DNA of 64,000 nucleotides from Oculina patagonica (Eukaryota): NCBI RefSeq assembly GCF_052425735.1, contig NC_135758.1, positions 31,868,001 to 31,932,000 of the forward strand, read 5' to 3'. Shown piece by piece: positions 38,501 to 51,800 of this stretch (position 1 is its first letter; each line of letters starts with the position of its first letter). The notes under the pieces were generated by a model. It saw only the letters and a program-made list of their open reading frames with translations, ran no database searches and was not told where the DNA came from. The position numbers and the translations under genes were made by a program.

Positions 38501-39865
38501 CTTTACCCAACGTTCACTGCGGCAGTAAAAGCCTGGCATGACGAGGAGAAGGATTATGATTGGTCAACTGGTACAGGCAATAGAGACATGAAGATCAGTC
38601 ACTTCACTCAGGTCTGCTAAAAAAACAAAAAACAATTTCCTACATACCATTATTTAATTTTAAAATCAAATTTTTTATACCGGGATGCAATTACTATCAA
38701 CATGCAATAAAAAAGGTCCTGTTTTTGTGAGCTGAGAGTTTAAATGTGCGGTCACAGATTTTATTAGAGGCATGAAAAAAATTACCAAGCTTTAAAAGAC
38801 TGGAACAAATTAGATTTAGACATGAGAATTTCAAATAGCATTATGATTAGTAAATAATAAAGATGGTAAATTTTAAGCTCGGTAATAAATAATGAAGATG
38901 AAGTATTCAACATGACACGAGCATGGGACAAAGAAAAATTCTGAGTCCCCGACGGGAATCGAACCCATGGCCTCCCTGACTTTAACAATGTAAACGTACC
39001 CTCGAGAGGGAAGAAAAGTGGTAGGCTAAACTAAAATTAAGGGATATGGATCCGCCACTGCAGATTTATATTGAGTTTTTGTTTTTGTAGGTGGTTTGGA
39101 AAGGAGCACATTTGCTTGGTTGTGGCAAAACGTTTGTTAATGGAGAACCATATTACATTGCTCAAATGGATACCCCAGGAGTCATAGCGGGCGTGCCAGG
39201 TTATGACAAGTCCAACGTGGGTGAGCCAAGAGAGGTATGCTGCAGTTTATTCAGCTTTAGGGGGAGGGGAGGGGTCAATGAAATTGTAAAATCGATATAG
39301 GGGCATGCTGGTTAAATTGCAAGCCTGAAAAACTCCTTGGTAATGATTGAGCGCAAGAGACATCAAATTTCCTTTTTTTTGATTACATGGTCGGTTTGAA
39401 TTTTTCTTGTAATTATAAAAATGTGGTTTTTGTCGCCAAAATTTCCTACAGTTTTACAATGCATGACCAGAGCCCCCACAACTGGCCTCAATCTATGACC
39501 TGAAAACGTGATAAACGTACAATCTCCCATTTACAGTATGATTGGAGAATAGTATGTCAAATAAGAAAAATAGAAACAGTGTAAAAAAGTTGGGGGAAAG
39601 TCTTGGTATAACACTAAAAGCAACGTATGGTCGACCATCTTTAAATAAACATTATATTTCTTCTTTTGGCCGGGATTGGCACCCTTTTTCATAGAATTAT
39701 AATTGCCATAGTGTGGAAAGGCTGGCTCGAAACACTAACACAAGGAAACAATCTTTGTTTATCCACTAGCCTGATCTGATGTGGTTCATGGACAGTTCAC
39801 CGTACTGGAAAGAGATGCAGACTAAGAACTATATTCCACGAAACATCGAACATCGAATACTGTGA
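29586..39865 (+). CDS. Large secreted CAP(SCP)-repeat-ShKT-ShKT-CAP protein (~1,513 aa)
   Basis: Exons 29586-29646 (signal), 30284-30310, 31332-31780 (CAP1), 32170-34459, 34799-34912 (ShKT), 35429-35491, 35966-36085 (ShKT), 36609-37487, 38313-38611 and 39091-39234 (CAP2), 39770-39865. Phases consistent, total 4542 nt; AATAAA at 39915. Confidence 0.82.
31084..31172 (-). repeat. Truncated copy of the tRNA-like 263-bp repeat
   Basis: GGGACAAAGAAAAAATCTGAGTCCCCAACGGGAATCGAACCCATGGCC on plus. Confidence 0.75.
33580..34119 (+). repeat. Coding tandem repeat, 6 x 90 bp (30 aa)
   Basis: GES(P/L)DVSHL(E/Q)xT(N/H)(E/K)Q(P/S)QQSGSPTVNQHPIS units. Confidence 0.9.
36138..36326. mobile_element. Tc1/mariner-type MITE
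   Basis: TA|CAGTAAAAACCCGCGAGTAAGAACCT...AGGTTCTTACTCGCGGGTTTTTACTG|TA. Confidence 0.85.
38848..38976 (-). repeat. Truncated copy of the tRNA-like 263-bp repeat
   Basis: TAGTAAATAATAAAGATGGTAAATTTTAAGCTCGG...GAACCCATGGCCTCCC on plus. Confidence 0.8.
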
Positions 39866-40560
39866 TCAGGACTCTAATCTGGAAAAGATGGCATCAGGAA
39901 CTTGTATTGTATATAATAAAGTGTGTAACCCTGCTGGGACACAAAAAAGGCCTGAATGAAGTCTAAAAATCGATAGCTAGTATGTGAAACTGTCCATTTA
40001 ATATGATGTTTTGTTATACGTATGGGCTTGTATGGCATCATATCACGTTAGTAAAAACATTTCCCCTGGAATTCATCAAATGTGCGAGAAGTAAAATTGT
40101 TGCTGTGTGGTAAATCGTGTGCACGTGTGGAAATCTTTAAACTCCGAGTTTTGCAGCAAGGCGCCTATAAGTGTGACAACTTTTATGAAATTCACATTTT
40201 CTGTGCAGATTTAAACTAATCAGAAGTCAGCTGAAAGCTGCCCTCGGCTTTTGATTGTATAATGACTGTGCCGAGGAAAGAAAATTGATTAAAAGTGGTC
40301 ACACTTTCGGGATCCTTGCCGTTACGTGCGGGGACTGGTGCTAAAGTGGTGAAGGTTTTGAGACACATCGGCGGAAACAACTTGCATTTCATCCTAATTG
40401 CATTCCATTATTCTGTACCAGTTCCTATAAATTAAATGCTGAAATTTCCCAAATTAAGTATTATTTTTAATATATTTTTTCGATCTCAAGATCATTAAAG
40501 TGGTCGATAACTCAACAATGTGCCCCGCCAATATCGCATAATTAATTTTATGAAAAACTA

Positions 40561-40857
40561 CCTTAAGGTTACTATTTTTAGCGACTACTAATTTTAGCGA
40601 TTTTTTCAGGGGAAGATTTAGCGACTATTTATTTAGCGATTTTCCGAAAAATTTAAAAGTTATCGTGTAAACCAGTTTTTAATGAACATATAGCTAAGAT
40701 GGAAATAAATGTTCAGTAAAAAAAAATCACTTGAAATTGACGAACATGCGCAGAGAAGTCCATTTCGTGACAGTGTCCGGGGTGGAGGGGATACGAGAAG
40801 AGGAGACAGAGCGGATGCCCCGCAACGCAAAGAGCGCTAACAATAGTAACCTTAAGG
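40561..40857. mobile_element. TA-flanked MITE
   Basis: TA|CCTTAAGGTTACTATT...AATAGTAACCTTAAGG|TA. Confidence 0.7.
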
Positions 40858-41163
40858 TATGAGAGGGAGTTTTTTTCCTTGGTCCCTTTGAATTTAATGG
40901 TGGCTGTATTCCCCCTTACTTTCTAAAAACTTTTACCCCAAGATGAGACTGGATATACATGCAAACTTTATAGCAGTTAATTGAAGACGGTGGCAAAAAA
41001 ATGGGTTATGGTTATAAAATAGTTTTATTTTAAAGTATAATTACAGTATATTCATTTAAATAAAGAAAAGTGGTTATAATTTTTTGGTTTTTGAACTCTT
41101 GTTAAGCCAGTGATTGTAAGTGCTGCTACCGCTATCGTCCTTTCCAATTGCTGCCATTTTGTC

Positions 41164-43677
41164 CTAAACTGACTGCACGTTTTCCAGCTCTTCAGAAAAC
41201 GGGGATCCATCTTTGAACCATTCACTGTCATCCTGTTGAATGAAAATCGGTAACATAAAAGAACGTTTATAAGAGCAATCATCTACTGGCCGTCGAGAAA
41301 TCTTTAATCAAGGTTGTCACGAGGAGAGATTACGTGACGAACCCAAAGAAAGTCTGCGTAGGACACTACGTTTATCTGTCACATATATTGTAATCGACCA
41401 ATCAGAAATCGAAGCAAAAACATGTAAACATTGGTGAAGGCGGTAAATCTCGCGCAGGTAAAATCAAAGTCATTTTCATTCGCATCAGATTGGCCGGAGA
41501 GACTTTTCATGGTCTTTCATTGCATTTGAGTATAACGCGAGATTCGGCTCTTGCCACTGATCAAGCAGACCTATTCTTAACTTTTCCTGGCCGCGCAAAT
41601 ATGGCAGGAATTGCATCGAGGGATTAGTTCCTGAATTGTCGTGCTGTGTCGATTTGTAAAAAAAAGATTGAATTTAATAAGATAAGATGATTGCAGGTGT
41701 AGATTAAACAAGTAAGGTAGGTTGCTTTTTAGCAAGATTTTAAATGCTAGTAAGCAATAGGATTCACTTTCTCTCGCTGCAGAGTAGTAGAAACTTGTGT
41801 GGCAGAGCAATTCAATTTGTTTGACGAAGAGCTAGTGTTCAAACCATCAGCTGTAAAAATCGTAAAGTGTTTTTTTTACTTTAGATTATAATACCTAAGC
41901 TGGCAACAAAATTAAAATACATGATAAGAACTGTTGCTGTCATCCCTTGTAGCAGTAAAATATACACTCACAGTCAAATCACAACATATTATCAATAATC
42001 TGTTACCTGTTTCGGTCTGTTGATGTCCATTGCAGTGCTTGGGTTTCCAGCAGTTGGAGCCTTGTCGTAATGAGCTACGTACCACGGTTCACCGTACAAT
42101 CCGCCACGCGCACAGCCGATTTTATGAGCTTTCTTATACACAATCTGCATGAAGTGATCCACTACCTGAAATGATGTTTCATTAGCTTTGTTAGTTGAAG
42201 TTACTTTTCTTTTTGAAAAGCGAGCTTTTTGCTAATCAAAATAACATCTAGTAACTCGGCTATTTATCACTTGAATTCTTAAATTGCGTTGTTGCGTAAT
42301 GTTCATTTTCTATATACACATTGATCATAATAGCTCTCGACCAATGAGTAGGCGAGAATTCTGCCAGTTATTGTATAACAAATTTGGCGCGCTCGATATT
42401 TGTTCTCAACTGGGAGAAGTTGTATAATAAAAGGACATTATATTACTATAGCTGAAGCTGAAAGGATTAATTGAACTCGGTAAAAAGCCTTCCAAACTTA
42501 TTACGCATCATCATTCCGCCCTCAAAACTATAAAATATACCAAAACGTAAACACCGATTTCCTCGATTTTGATTGGTTAATTGGCGTATGTATTTTGATA
42601 TACCTGTGAATTTTTCTTTGGTGCTCCAGTCTGGTAATCGTAGTAAGCTCCCTCGTCGTGCCAATTTTTGATGACCGCAGTAAATGATGGGAAAAGTGAT
42701 CCCCAAGCAAAGGCCGCGCCGTTATTTTTCAACTCCACCCAATCAGAATGCTTGAAGACTCCCTTGTCAATCAGTGCTTGGGCTTCATCCGCCAACTTCT
42801 GATCAAAAACCAGCGGCGGTGCATCATGGTTAGCTCGGTATTTATTGTGGACCGCAATGCATTCTTTCTGGCAATCTCGATCACAACCTTGGAAAATAAT
42901 GAACGTACAAAAGCGATAATTAAAGGAACTCTCTCAATCGCAGTTCAACTGAGCCGATCATTTGTTTCAAAAATGCAAATTTGCTTGTACAGCAGAGGAG
43001 ATGTCCATTAACACTTTCATTTTAAATTTAATACTTTACAACCGTTTCGACAAACCAACTAACCGCGTGTTTCAAACACGAAACGCCATTCGTTTGGTAA
43101 AGAAATTTTCTCTGATTTTTTTTTGTTATGATGGAGTTCACATGAAAGAGGTAGAAGTTTACGCATGCCTTATGTAACATGTACTTTACAAGGCTATTGC
43201 AGAGCCCAGCATCAGGCATTTTTCAACGTCCAGGACAGTCAAACTTCTACAGATTCCAACGAGTGCTCAAAACGAACCTCCACAAATGGCCACCTTTCTA
43301 TAGCGGCCACCTCCCTTCAACAACAACAACAACAATAACAACAATGATAATGAAAATGATAAGTAAGATGATAAGTAAAATTTAGTGCATTAACGATGAT
43401 GCCCAATGCACTTTCAAAAAGTTAAAAAACAGCGCCATGTTTACCTTTGGTTTTTCCAATAAAAGACCGACGGAAGATCTTGTTCTGTGCTTGAGATAAC
43501 TTACCATCTGAGAAATAGAATGCAGTCAGAAACAAATTTCTTATGGAGATGTAATTAGCAGTTAGAAAGGTAAATACATTAGGTAGGTAGAGCTCAGTGG
43601 GAAACAAAAGCCTCTTACTTACCTGTTCTCGAAAGTAAGACACAGCACGTTAACAATAAAGCGGACAGAATCATCAT
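41164..43677 (-). CDS. Small secreted single-CAP (SCP/GAPR-like) protein (~209 aa)
   Basis: Exons 43677-43623 (MMILSALLLTCCVLLSRT), 43507-43445, 42887-42604, 42165-42007, 41232-41164; motifs HNKYRANH, FKHS, WHDE, HFMQIVYK, IGCA. Confidence 0.85.
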
Positions 43678-45098
43678 GGGATCATTGAAGACGGTAAACT
43701 GTCAATGAAAACTAGGTTAAAAACTTTAGCAGCTCTTCGGTCAGTGACAATGTACATGCAGATTTAATTTATTGCTACAATGTAGCAATTTACAGTGTAG
43801 CTGTTATTTATATGATTTGCCTGAAGAAAGTTCTAATATAGAATCGAAGTACTGTTAAATATCTTGTAAATTCCATATGGATTTCGTGGAGAAAATGATT
43901 TAGGGATATAAATGGTCTCATTTTCAAACTGTTTTCAACAACAAGGTTTTATTCACTCCGTGCCGGTGGACTTAGAGCACTCGTTTTTGTCACTTATCAT
44001 CAAGAGAGGAATAAAATCCATGCGCGAAGAAGATGGCCGCGCGAATACCGCAACGTCTACAGTGCCTCTTTCCCTTTCTCCGTTCTCGCGACAATCTCGC
44101 CTCCAGGTTACGCGCGGCCATTCTTTCTCTCTAGCGTTTTTCGATTCTCGTTCGATGATTTGCTTGACTGCTGGAAGAAAACTAACCTACAATAACGACA
44201 ACATAGCTAGGCGACACGCAGATATAAAACAACAGTTTAGAGGAGTATTCTAAATTTCCAACAGTCTTAAATTTTGCTATACCGTCGATAAAGCAATTGC
44301 TGGTGGCAAATCAAATATATAACATAGAATGTTTTCTAGTGGATTTAAACTAAGAGAAAGTTTTTCGTGTAAATCCACAATCGGTTCTCGCGATTTATTA
44401 CTTGTGGACGAAGACAAGCGAAACAGGACTGTTGAACCCGTTGGTCACCCTTAGCAATCTGGTATCTACTTGTTCGCCACTTGACTACCTGTCACTAATT
44501 ATCTAGCTTGGTTTAACAGTTTTTGATCCCTAGCTGTGATAATAAGGACCACTTACCCTTTGGGCTTTTTATACACGCTTTTGAGTGCGGTCGAGGTTTA
44601 AGTTGTTAGCGTATGCGATCCTTTTGTTAATACAAATAAATACAAAAACACAGCTTATTACCTGCCATCGATGAATAAACAAATCGTTTTCCTTGAATTC
44701 ATCTGAGGCTCCCCTGAGGAAAGGAAAGTCTTTAATATTTTATGAATTCATTTGCATCGAGCGGGAAAAAGTTGTCTAAAAATAAGAAAACGAAAGCATC
44801 GCGAGCTGCAAGAGCAATCCTAGTGTAATTTCAGTGTAATTAATAATAGTATAACATAAGTATGAAATTTTATCACAAAATCTTTAAAATTCTATTTTTC
44901 TTTTGCAAATGAAAATTCATATGATAGCGGACGATAAATACATGGAAGGGGAGTTTATGTCAGTAAAACCGTCACAAGTGCAATTTTTTTGTGTTTTAAA
45001 TTGACGCCGTTTCAACTGCAAAAAAGTAATTAAAAGATTCAGATGAAATGCTCTTAAACAAAGAAACCCACCACATCTTGGAAATATAATCAGTCATT

Positions 45099-45759
45099 GG
45101 CTGCGGTCACACCTACGACGTAACTAAAGTTTAACTATAGTTAGTCTCAAGTTACGTGACGTCATACCTAACTATAGTTAGTGCTTTCGGTGATCTTTGC
45201 GGTCACACCAATGCAGTTAACTATAGTTAGTTCTGATTAGGTTGTGAATAATTTGGTATTTAAATTAGTTCATGACAGCCCTTGTTGTTTATTTGTGTCC
45301 AGTTGTTCCTCTATTTTTTCAATTTTTGCACGGCATTTCGGCGTTGAAGAGAATAAAATGAAGTAGGGATGCTAGAAACCGAAGAATTCGAGCTTAATTT
45401 TTGCTAATATTGATGATATGTAATTTCTTGGCATGTTGTTTTTCTTGTTTTCCTTCCCTTGACGCTTTGTTTTGCATTCTTTTCGCACGTGCGAGATGAA
45501 CATAAATTGAATTTATGTTCATCTCGCACGTGCGAAAAGAATTGTCGCATTCTGATTGGCTTTTCGTTTGCAAACTTAAGACTAACCCATGAACCTTGCT
45601 TGGGTATAACTATAGTTAGTGTGTATTTTTTTGGATCAGCGAGGCGTAAATTTTCTAACTATAGTTAGGGCGAACAGAGAAGCGGTCACATTACCGAAAT
45701 AGCTAACTATAGTTAACGCCGTCCTAACTATAGTTAGCAGTCTAGATGTGACCGCAGCC
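45099..45759. mobile_element. PIF/Harbinger-like MITE with repeated TAACTATAGTTA palindromes
   Basis: ATT|GGCTGCGGTCACA...TGTGACCGCAGCC|ATT (3-bp TSD). Confidence 0.8.
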
Positions 45760-46136
45760 ATTATCATTTAACATTATAAAATATGTCACAAGAATATGTG
45801 TTTGCACAATTTTAGTGCTCCGTGAGGATAGCGCATTTTTAACAACACATGTTTGCCACCAGAAGCTGCTGACCATACCGTTTGACAGGTGTAGATATAT
45901 CTCGGCCTCAGAATCACGGCAATGTTTTCCAGGGTAAAATATTCTTTTGGCTACACAGCTCCCATTTACTGGTGTGGTCCGACCCAGTGTAGTTTGCCTA
46001 CGCGTCGCTTTTCTTGTAAGTAAGCAATTTGCAGTCAAGTTAGGACATAAAGCAACATCATTATTGGATGATTCGTACTCTATCTACCAAACCCACCCTA
46101 AGATCAAAAAGTTGTTTGCACTTTCCCCACATTTTA

Positions 46137-46854
46137 GGGTGCGTTTCTTTGGGGAAATCCAAAATTGGATCATTGATCTCAGATCACACGGATACTTTGC
46201 TCCCAAAGAAACGAAGAATCCGAAAATGGATTTTTTGCCATGACAGCCCCGTAAACACATTTCGCACAGAACATAAAATATCAGCACAAATTTATTTATT
46301 CGTCGAATGTATCCTAGCTAAAATAATTTCAGCATATAAAATCTTTTACAAAAGTCACACGTCGAAATAGTTCGTTGAAATAGTTCATCTGAGAGCGAAT
46401 ATAGAATGTTTGCGAAATGATCAATGCAAACTTCAAAAGGAAAAACTTCCGTAGGCACACGGTGGCTGTTCTAGAAAACCTGTATCCAGTTTAAAGTGAC
46501 ACTTCATACCTATCAAGCTACCGTTTCCTTTTATCGTGAAATATTTTTGTATTTTGACCGAAATGATCGCCTGAAAACTTACCGTATGACAGTGTTTACA
46601 AAGAGCGAACCGGTATTTTCACAGCAAAGACCGCTGGGCCAAGGTACTTTTTTCGAATCCTTTCCCAAAGAAACGCACGGAATTATGAATCCTAAAAATC
46701 CGGATTCAGATATGATCTGATGTATCCACTTGGAGTGTGGATTCTTCAGATCATTGATCCAAGAGTAATCCATTTTCGGATATAGGTAAAGAGACGCAAA
46801 ATCCGTTTTTGGATCAAGAATGCGGATTTGGATTTTTCCCAAAGAAACGCAACC
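46137..46854. mobile_element. PIF/Harbinger-like MITE
   Basis: TTA|GGGTGCGTTTCTTTGGG...CCCAAAGAAACGCAACC|TTA. Confidence 0.75.
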
Positions 46855-47619
46855 TTAGAGAACGAAATCAACCTTTTTGTTTGTTATTATTATTTTTTTT
46901 AATTGTTATAAGCTTATCATCAAAAGTAAAATAACGTTGCCACTATTACACGTTCAGCGTCTCTCTCAATCCCTTAGCCTCAAGTGGAGCATAGGCCATT
47001 GAAGATTTTTAATTTTTTTATTTACGTTCAGCGTAAAATCGATAAATTTACGTGATACTGCGTATTCAAAGTTTTAACGAGCCACTGGTCAAGAGAAACT
47101 AAGCCACTGACCAAGGGGAACTAAGGCTTTGTTGCTTTAAGTCTTTTATTGTTATTTAAAATTGAAACGGTCTTCCTTTCTATTGGTTTTGATGCGGAAA
47201 TAATGTCAGTAATGATTAGTAATGGCTCAATGTCACGTATTTCTAGAATATTTTTTTCTTTTTAAGCCTACATCAATCTAGAAAGATTCGAATGTTTTAC
47301 CCTTTAGAATTTTAATAATTACAACTTAGACCCAATCGACAGCTAGGTTGCAAAACGAAGAAGCCTGGAGCACAACTGTACAATCCACTCTGTTTTTGCG
47401 GGCGCCATTTTGTGCAGGCCGTAATCGAGTGTCCTTTAATGAGAATGCGATTCCCTTAGTTAACGTGTTCTTTACTAATGAAGACGTTCATCTATGTTTG
47501 TGACAATTTGTTTGTGACAATTCTTTGTTCTAATGATGATTCTACATGGAATAAGGTGAAACCAGGGTTTCTGGTGAAACAAAAGTTGAAATCCAGTGGA
47601 TCTAAGGGACTTCATTCAG

Positions 47620-50600
47620 TTAATGGTTCTTGTGTGTATGCCTGTCCTGTCTCACGTTGGACTTCTTCAACACTTTAACGTCTTCCTTTCCATCTTTTAC
47701 TTCCGGTTTCTTTGACTTCCGGCTAAGCTGTGGTGTTGGAGAGACACCGTTGATTGAGCTCATCCATTCTTCTCTCTGCGCGGCCGCCACGTAGGGATCT
47801 GGTGAATAATGCTCGGTGAAGTAGTCAAACTTCTCGTTGGCTTTGGCGGGAGTGAAGTACGTACCATCCTCAAGCGGACGCCTCACGGCACCTTACAGGA
47901 CGAAAACACAAAAGTAGACATAAGTAGCCATCATAAAGCGGAAGGAACTGTTCATTTAAAAGTTATGGCGAATTCGTTAGGCTTTGTGGGGAGAAGACGA
48001 AATTGGGGTGGTACTTAAACTGTTCGGTATAAATCTCTACTATCAATGTTGTTTCAGTGTTATAAATGAATGGGCTATTGCATAAAAGTTTTGATCCCGG
48101 CATGTTGATATGAGGAACGGTGGAATTCTCTTTAGGGGCAAGGCAAAAATCCATGGATTTCCTCATATCAGGGGTAAGATAAAAATATAAGGGAATTCTT
48201 CAGGGGGAATGGGTGAAAAGTTATGGAATTCTTAGGGGTGAGAATGCACTTCTAATGGAATTCTTGAGGGTTAAGCACATTTTCAAATAATTTCATTGGG
48301 GGTTAAGGCATTGTCAGTGGATTTCTTTAGAGGTGTAGACGTTTTAACGGATTTCTTTAGGGGAAAGAACGAAAGACCTGTCCTCAACAGGGGGGGGGGG
48401 GGTGGGGGTGCGGATATTAATTGCAATAGCCCAATGACTCGCTACTCTTCGAGAGAACAACAGAAAAAACAAGAGGAACAATGCCATTTGCCCCCAAAAC
48501 AATAACCTGCGATCAGGCGTTCTTTTTTTGAAAGGGAGTGATAAGTAGGGAGGGAGGGTATCACCTCAGGTTACCAAAACAATAGCAACTGCTACACTAA
48601 AGGGACCAGTAAGAATAACAAGCTTACGAGAACTTCTACACTACTGTGACGTACCTCCCATGTCGTCATACTGCTGAGGCTGAGGCAAAGTTAACCGCGG
48701 ATCGGCATTAACAGACCACAATGGTGAGTTCCCCTCGGGGACTAGCGGCAGACCTCTTTTCGAATTTGTGTTTCCAGTGTCTGCAAACTCAGTCGGTCGA
48801 CCGCCAATGACTGGAACATCAAGACCAGCTTCTGTGCTGTCCTGAGGGTTTGGAGGTTTAGCTGTGGAATTCTGGGGCGGTGTTGGTTGAGCTGTGGAAT
48901 TCTGGGGCGGTGTTGGTTGAGCTGTGGAATTCTGGGGCGGTGTTGGTTTAGCTGTGGAATTCTGGGACGGTGTTGGTTGAGCTGTGGAATTCTGGGACGG
49001 TGTTGGCTTAGCTGTGGAATTCTGGGAAGGTGAAACTGTTGTTGTTGCGTTTTGTGTCGGAGTCTCCACATATTCGGCGTCTTGGTAAGAAATACGAAAT
49101 GTTTGTTATTACTCGATCTTAGTATGATTTAATTTTAGTCATTTTACAAGCATAGCTACTATAACCTCTTTTTATGTCTGATTTAGTTTTCTTTTGATGA
49201 TCCTTATCAAACTAAAAAAATTATTCTTCCCCTTCAATTAGTTATAAATGTCCAAATGACAACATAATGCACATCATTTAACTAGATGCAGCTATCTGAA
49301 CAGAAGCAAAACTGAAGACATTGCCAGAAGTCTATAATTAAAGACTGCTGTTATTAACAATTTTCTTGCGTTTTTCGCTTCTGTTTAAAAACGAAAACAG
49401 GGTACAGTTCATGGTATAACAGTAACCCAGCTTTACCTCCTTGATCTACAACCGAAACCCAGGAATTTGAAACCTCATAACAGAACCTAACGTCAATTTC
49501 TGTCCTCGGACCCTTGTATCTCGCGTAGCTCTAAAAAACATTACTGTCCAGTTATCGCCGAGTCGAATGCAAGGTTTCTCTCTCATTTGCCTGCTGCTAA
49601 AATTCGATACTTACTGATACAGAAGCCGCAGGTCTTAGGACAGTAGGTTTCCAGCTGCTCCTTGTACGTATCACAGAATCCTCGTGATTTCCACTCTTCG
49701 CAATATGGGTTTTCCCTGTATGTATCGCGACAATCTGTCAAGGAAGAAGTCAGTGTCACAACCAAGAAGATTATGTCTGTATAACAAGCGCTCTGACCGG
49801 ATGGTTAGATGTTTCGTGTGTTACATTTGTCACTACTCTGCTTCCTGTTTGCATATCTAGCCTAATGCAAATGATCAGGAGCATTTCCTATTTATCTTTA
49901 CTCGTGGAAAGGCTAAATTTCTGATAGACGGCTGAAAATTCAGGTAAATCAATCTTGCTTGTAATGACTGAGATAGAACAATTTCTGGCTGCAGGAACAT
50001 CGACACTCAGAATTGATAGAGCCCGCGATTCAGGTCATTTTCGTTGCTAAGCAACATGGTATACACTGATGGCAGCCTTCAGAGCACATACGATTGTTCG
50101 CAACAGATTTTGACTGGATAAAAAAGAATCGAAAATTCCTAAACTTCTTTTTAAAAGATTTGCCAAAAACCAACACTCGTTCATCCGACACAATTAACAT
50201 TTGGCATCAAACAACCCCAATGACTCTATAAACCTTAAACATATAACACAAACAGCGGTGATAAACATTATGAAAAATTGCATTTTTATAAACTTGACGT
50301 TTCGTATGCTAAGCTACATACATTTTCAAAAGTAAGACCGTTAAAATTTTGGCAACTATTTATATATTGTTATGAAAGGGGTCTGGAACCGAGACTGAGA
50401 CAATTGATCTTCAGCAGTAACTTAATATTTACATTTAGGTTAATAAAGTAACAACCTCTCACTGCCGACATAGGCATTTAGAGAAGGTTGTAGTTCATGA
50501 ATGTATAAGGTCTCTTTAATCTTGCAGTGGAGGTCAGTTTTGCCTAACAATATATAAATAGTTGCCAAAATTTTAACGGTCTTACTTTTGAAAATGTATG

Positions 50601-51759
50601 TAGCTTAGCATACGAAACGTCAAGTTTATAAAAATGCGATTTTTCATAATGTTTATCACCGCTGTTTGTGTTATATTTTTAATCAAGTTACGATGGCCTA
50701 AAACCAAGAGTCTATATGAAACCTTAAACAGTTTTGTAGAAAGGTGAGAGTGGACTCCTTAGTTAAGGAACTTAACTTTATGCGTGAACGTCTGAACAAC
50801 AGTCTTAATAACATTGGTAATAATAGCGGTGGTTTGCTTCAGATTTACTTTTTACCACTTCTGTAAAGTAGCTCTTTGTAGGTGAGACAAAATTAAAGCG
50901 GAAATTTTTGGTGATAAATGAGTAAACTTATAAATTATACTTAATAAATGGTACAAGCAAAATCTCCACTGGGTTCAATTTTGCCCTAAATGCAACAGTT
51001 AAGCTTAAATTGGTCGAAACATGCATGTGTGTTGCCCGAGGCCTTGTGAGGCAAGTGTAACCACAGTTTTGCAAACGCGGCATTAGATTAAATGCAATGT
51101 CTCTTATCTGCATGTAATGCAGTCAATTAGTCATATTAATATCATTAATTGAATTAAAGCGGTTTTAAATTGAGTATCGTAAAACCAAAACCAAAGAAAT
51201 CACACACTCTAATCACAACAAACAACAACAAAATGAACCAAATGAAAACTCGAAGCAAATACACCTGACCGGCGGCAAGCGCTGGAATTTGTGCTTGACC
51301 AAGTTGCGATTAATTTTGGTTTTTCATTGTTTCAGTAGGTTGCGGGAGCGTTTTAAATCACTTACAGAGCGTAATATAGCAAAACCAAAGCAATTCCAGC
51401 TTACTTTTGGCGCTCAATTGAAAACCGCTTTAGAACAAGGACACTGTACTTACTGCAGAAGCGACATGTCATAGCACAGCCGTAAGTCAAGTATTTCCTG
51501 TATCGATCATCCATGCAAATATCAGCATCCTTCCAGTTCTTACAAGTCTGAGTCACAAATCTATCCGTGCAATCTTTGCCAAGCGTGCAAGAAAAACAAG
51601 CAAAGAATGAACACATGCAAAGGAGGGTCCGGAAGGGGAGGGGGGGGGGGGCATAAATCTCATTTCCTAGCCTATTGTCCCATTTTCCCAAATCCCATTC
51701 CCAGTTGCAATGTTTTTTGTTTGTGTGGGGTATTTTTTGGGGGGGGGGGGGAAAAAAGG

Positions 51760-51800
<41 letters not shown>

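Noticed and set aside
45130-45740. TAACTATA...GTCCTAA resemblance to an I-CeuI homing site
   Set aside because: Partial match only; explained by subterminal palindromes of a MITE.
50770-50860. Extra exon of the three-ShKT gene
   Set aside because: An acceptor-like site exists, but no phase-compatible open exon with a convincing donor was found.
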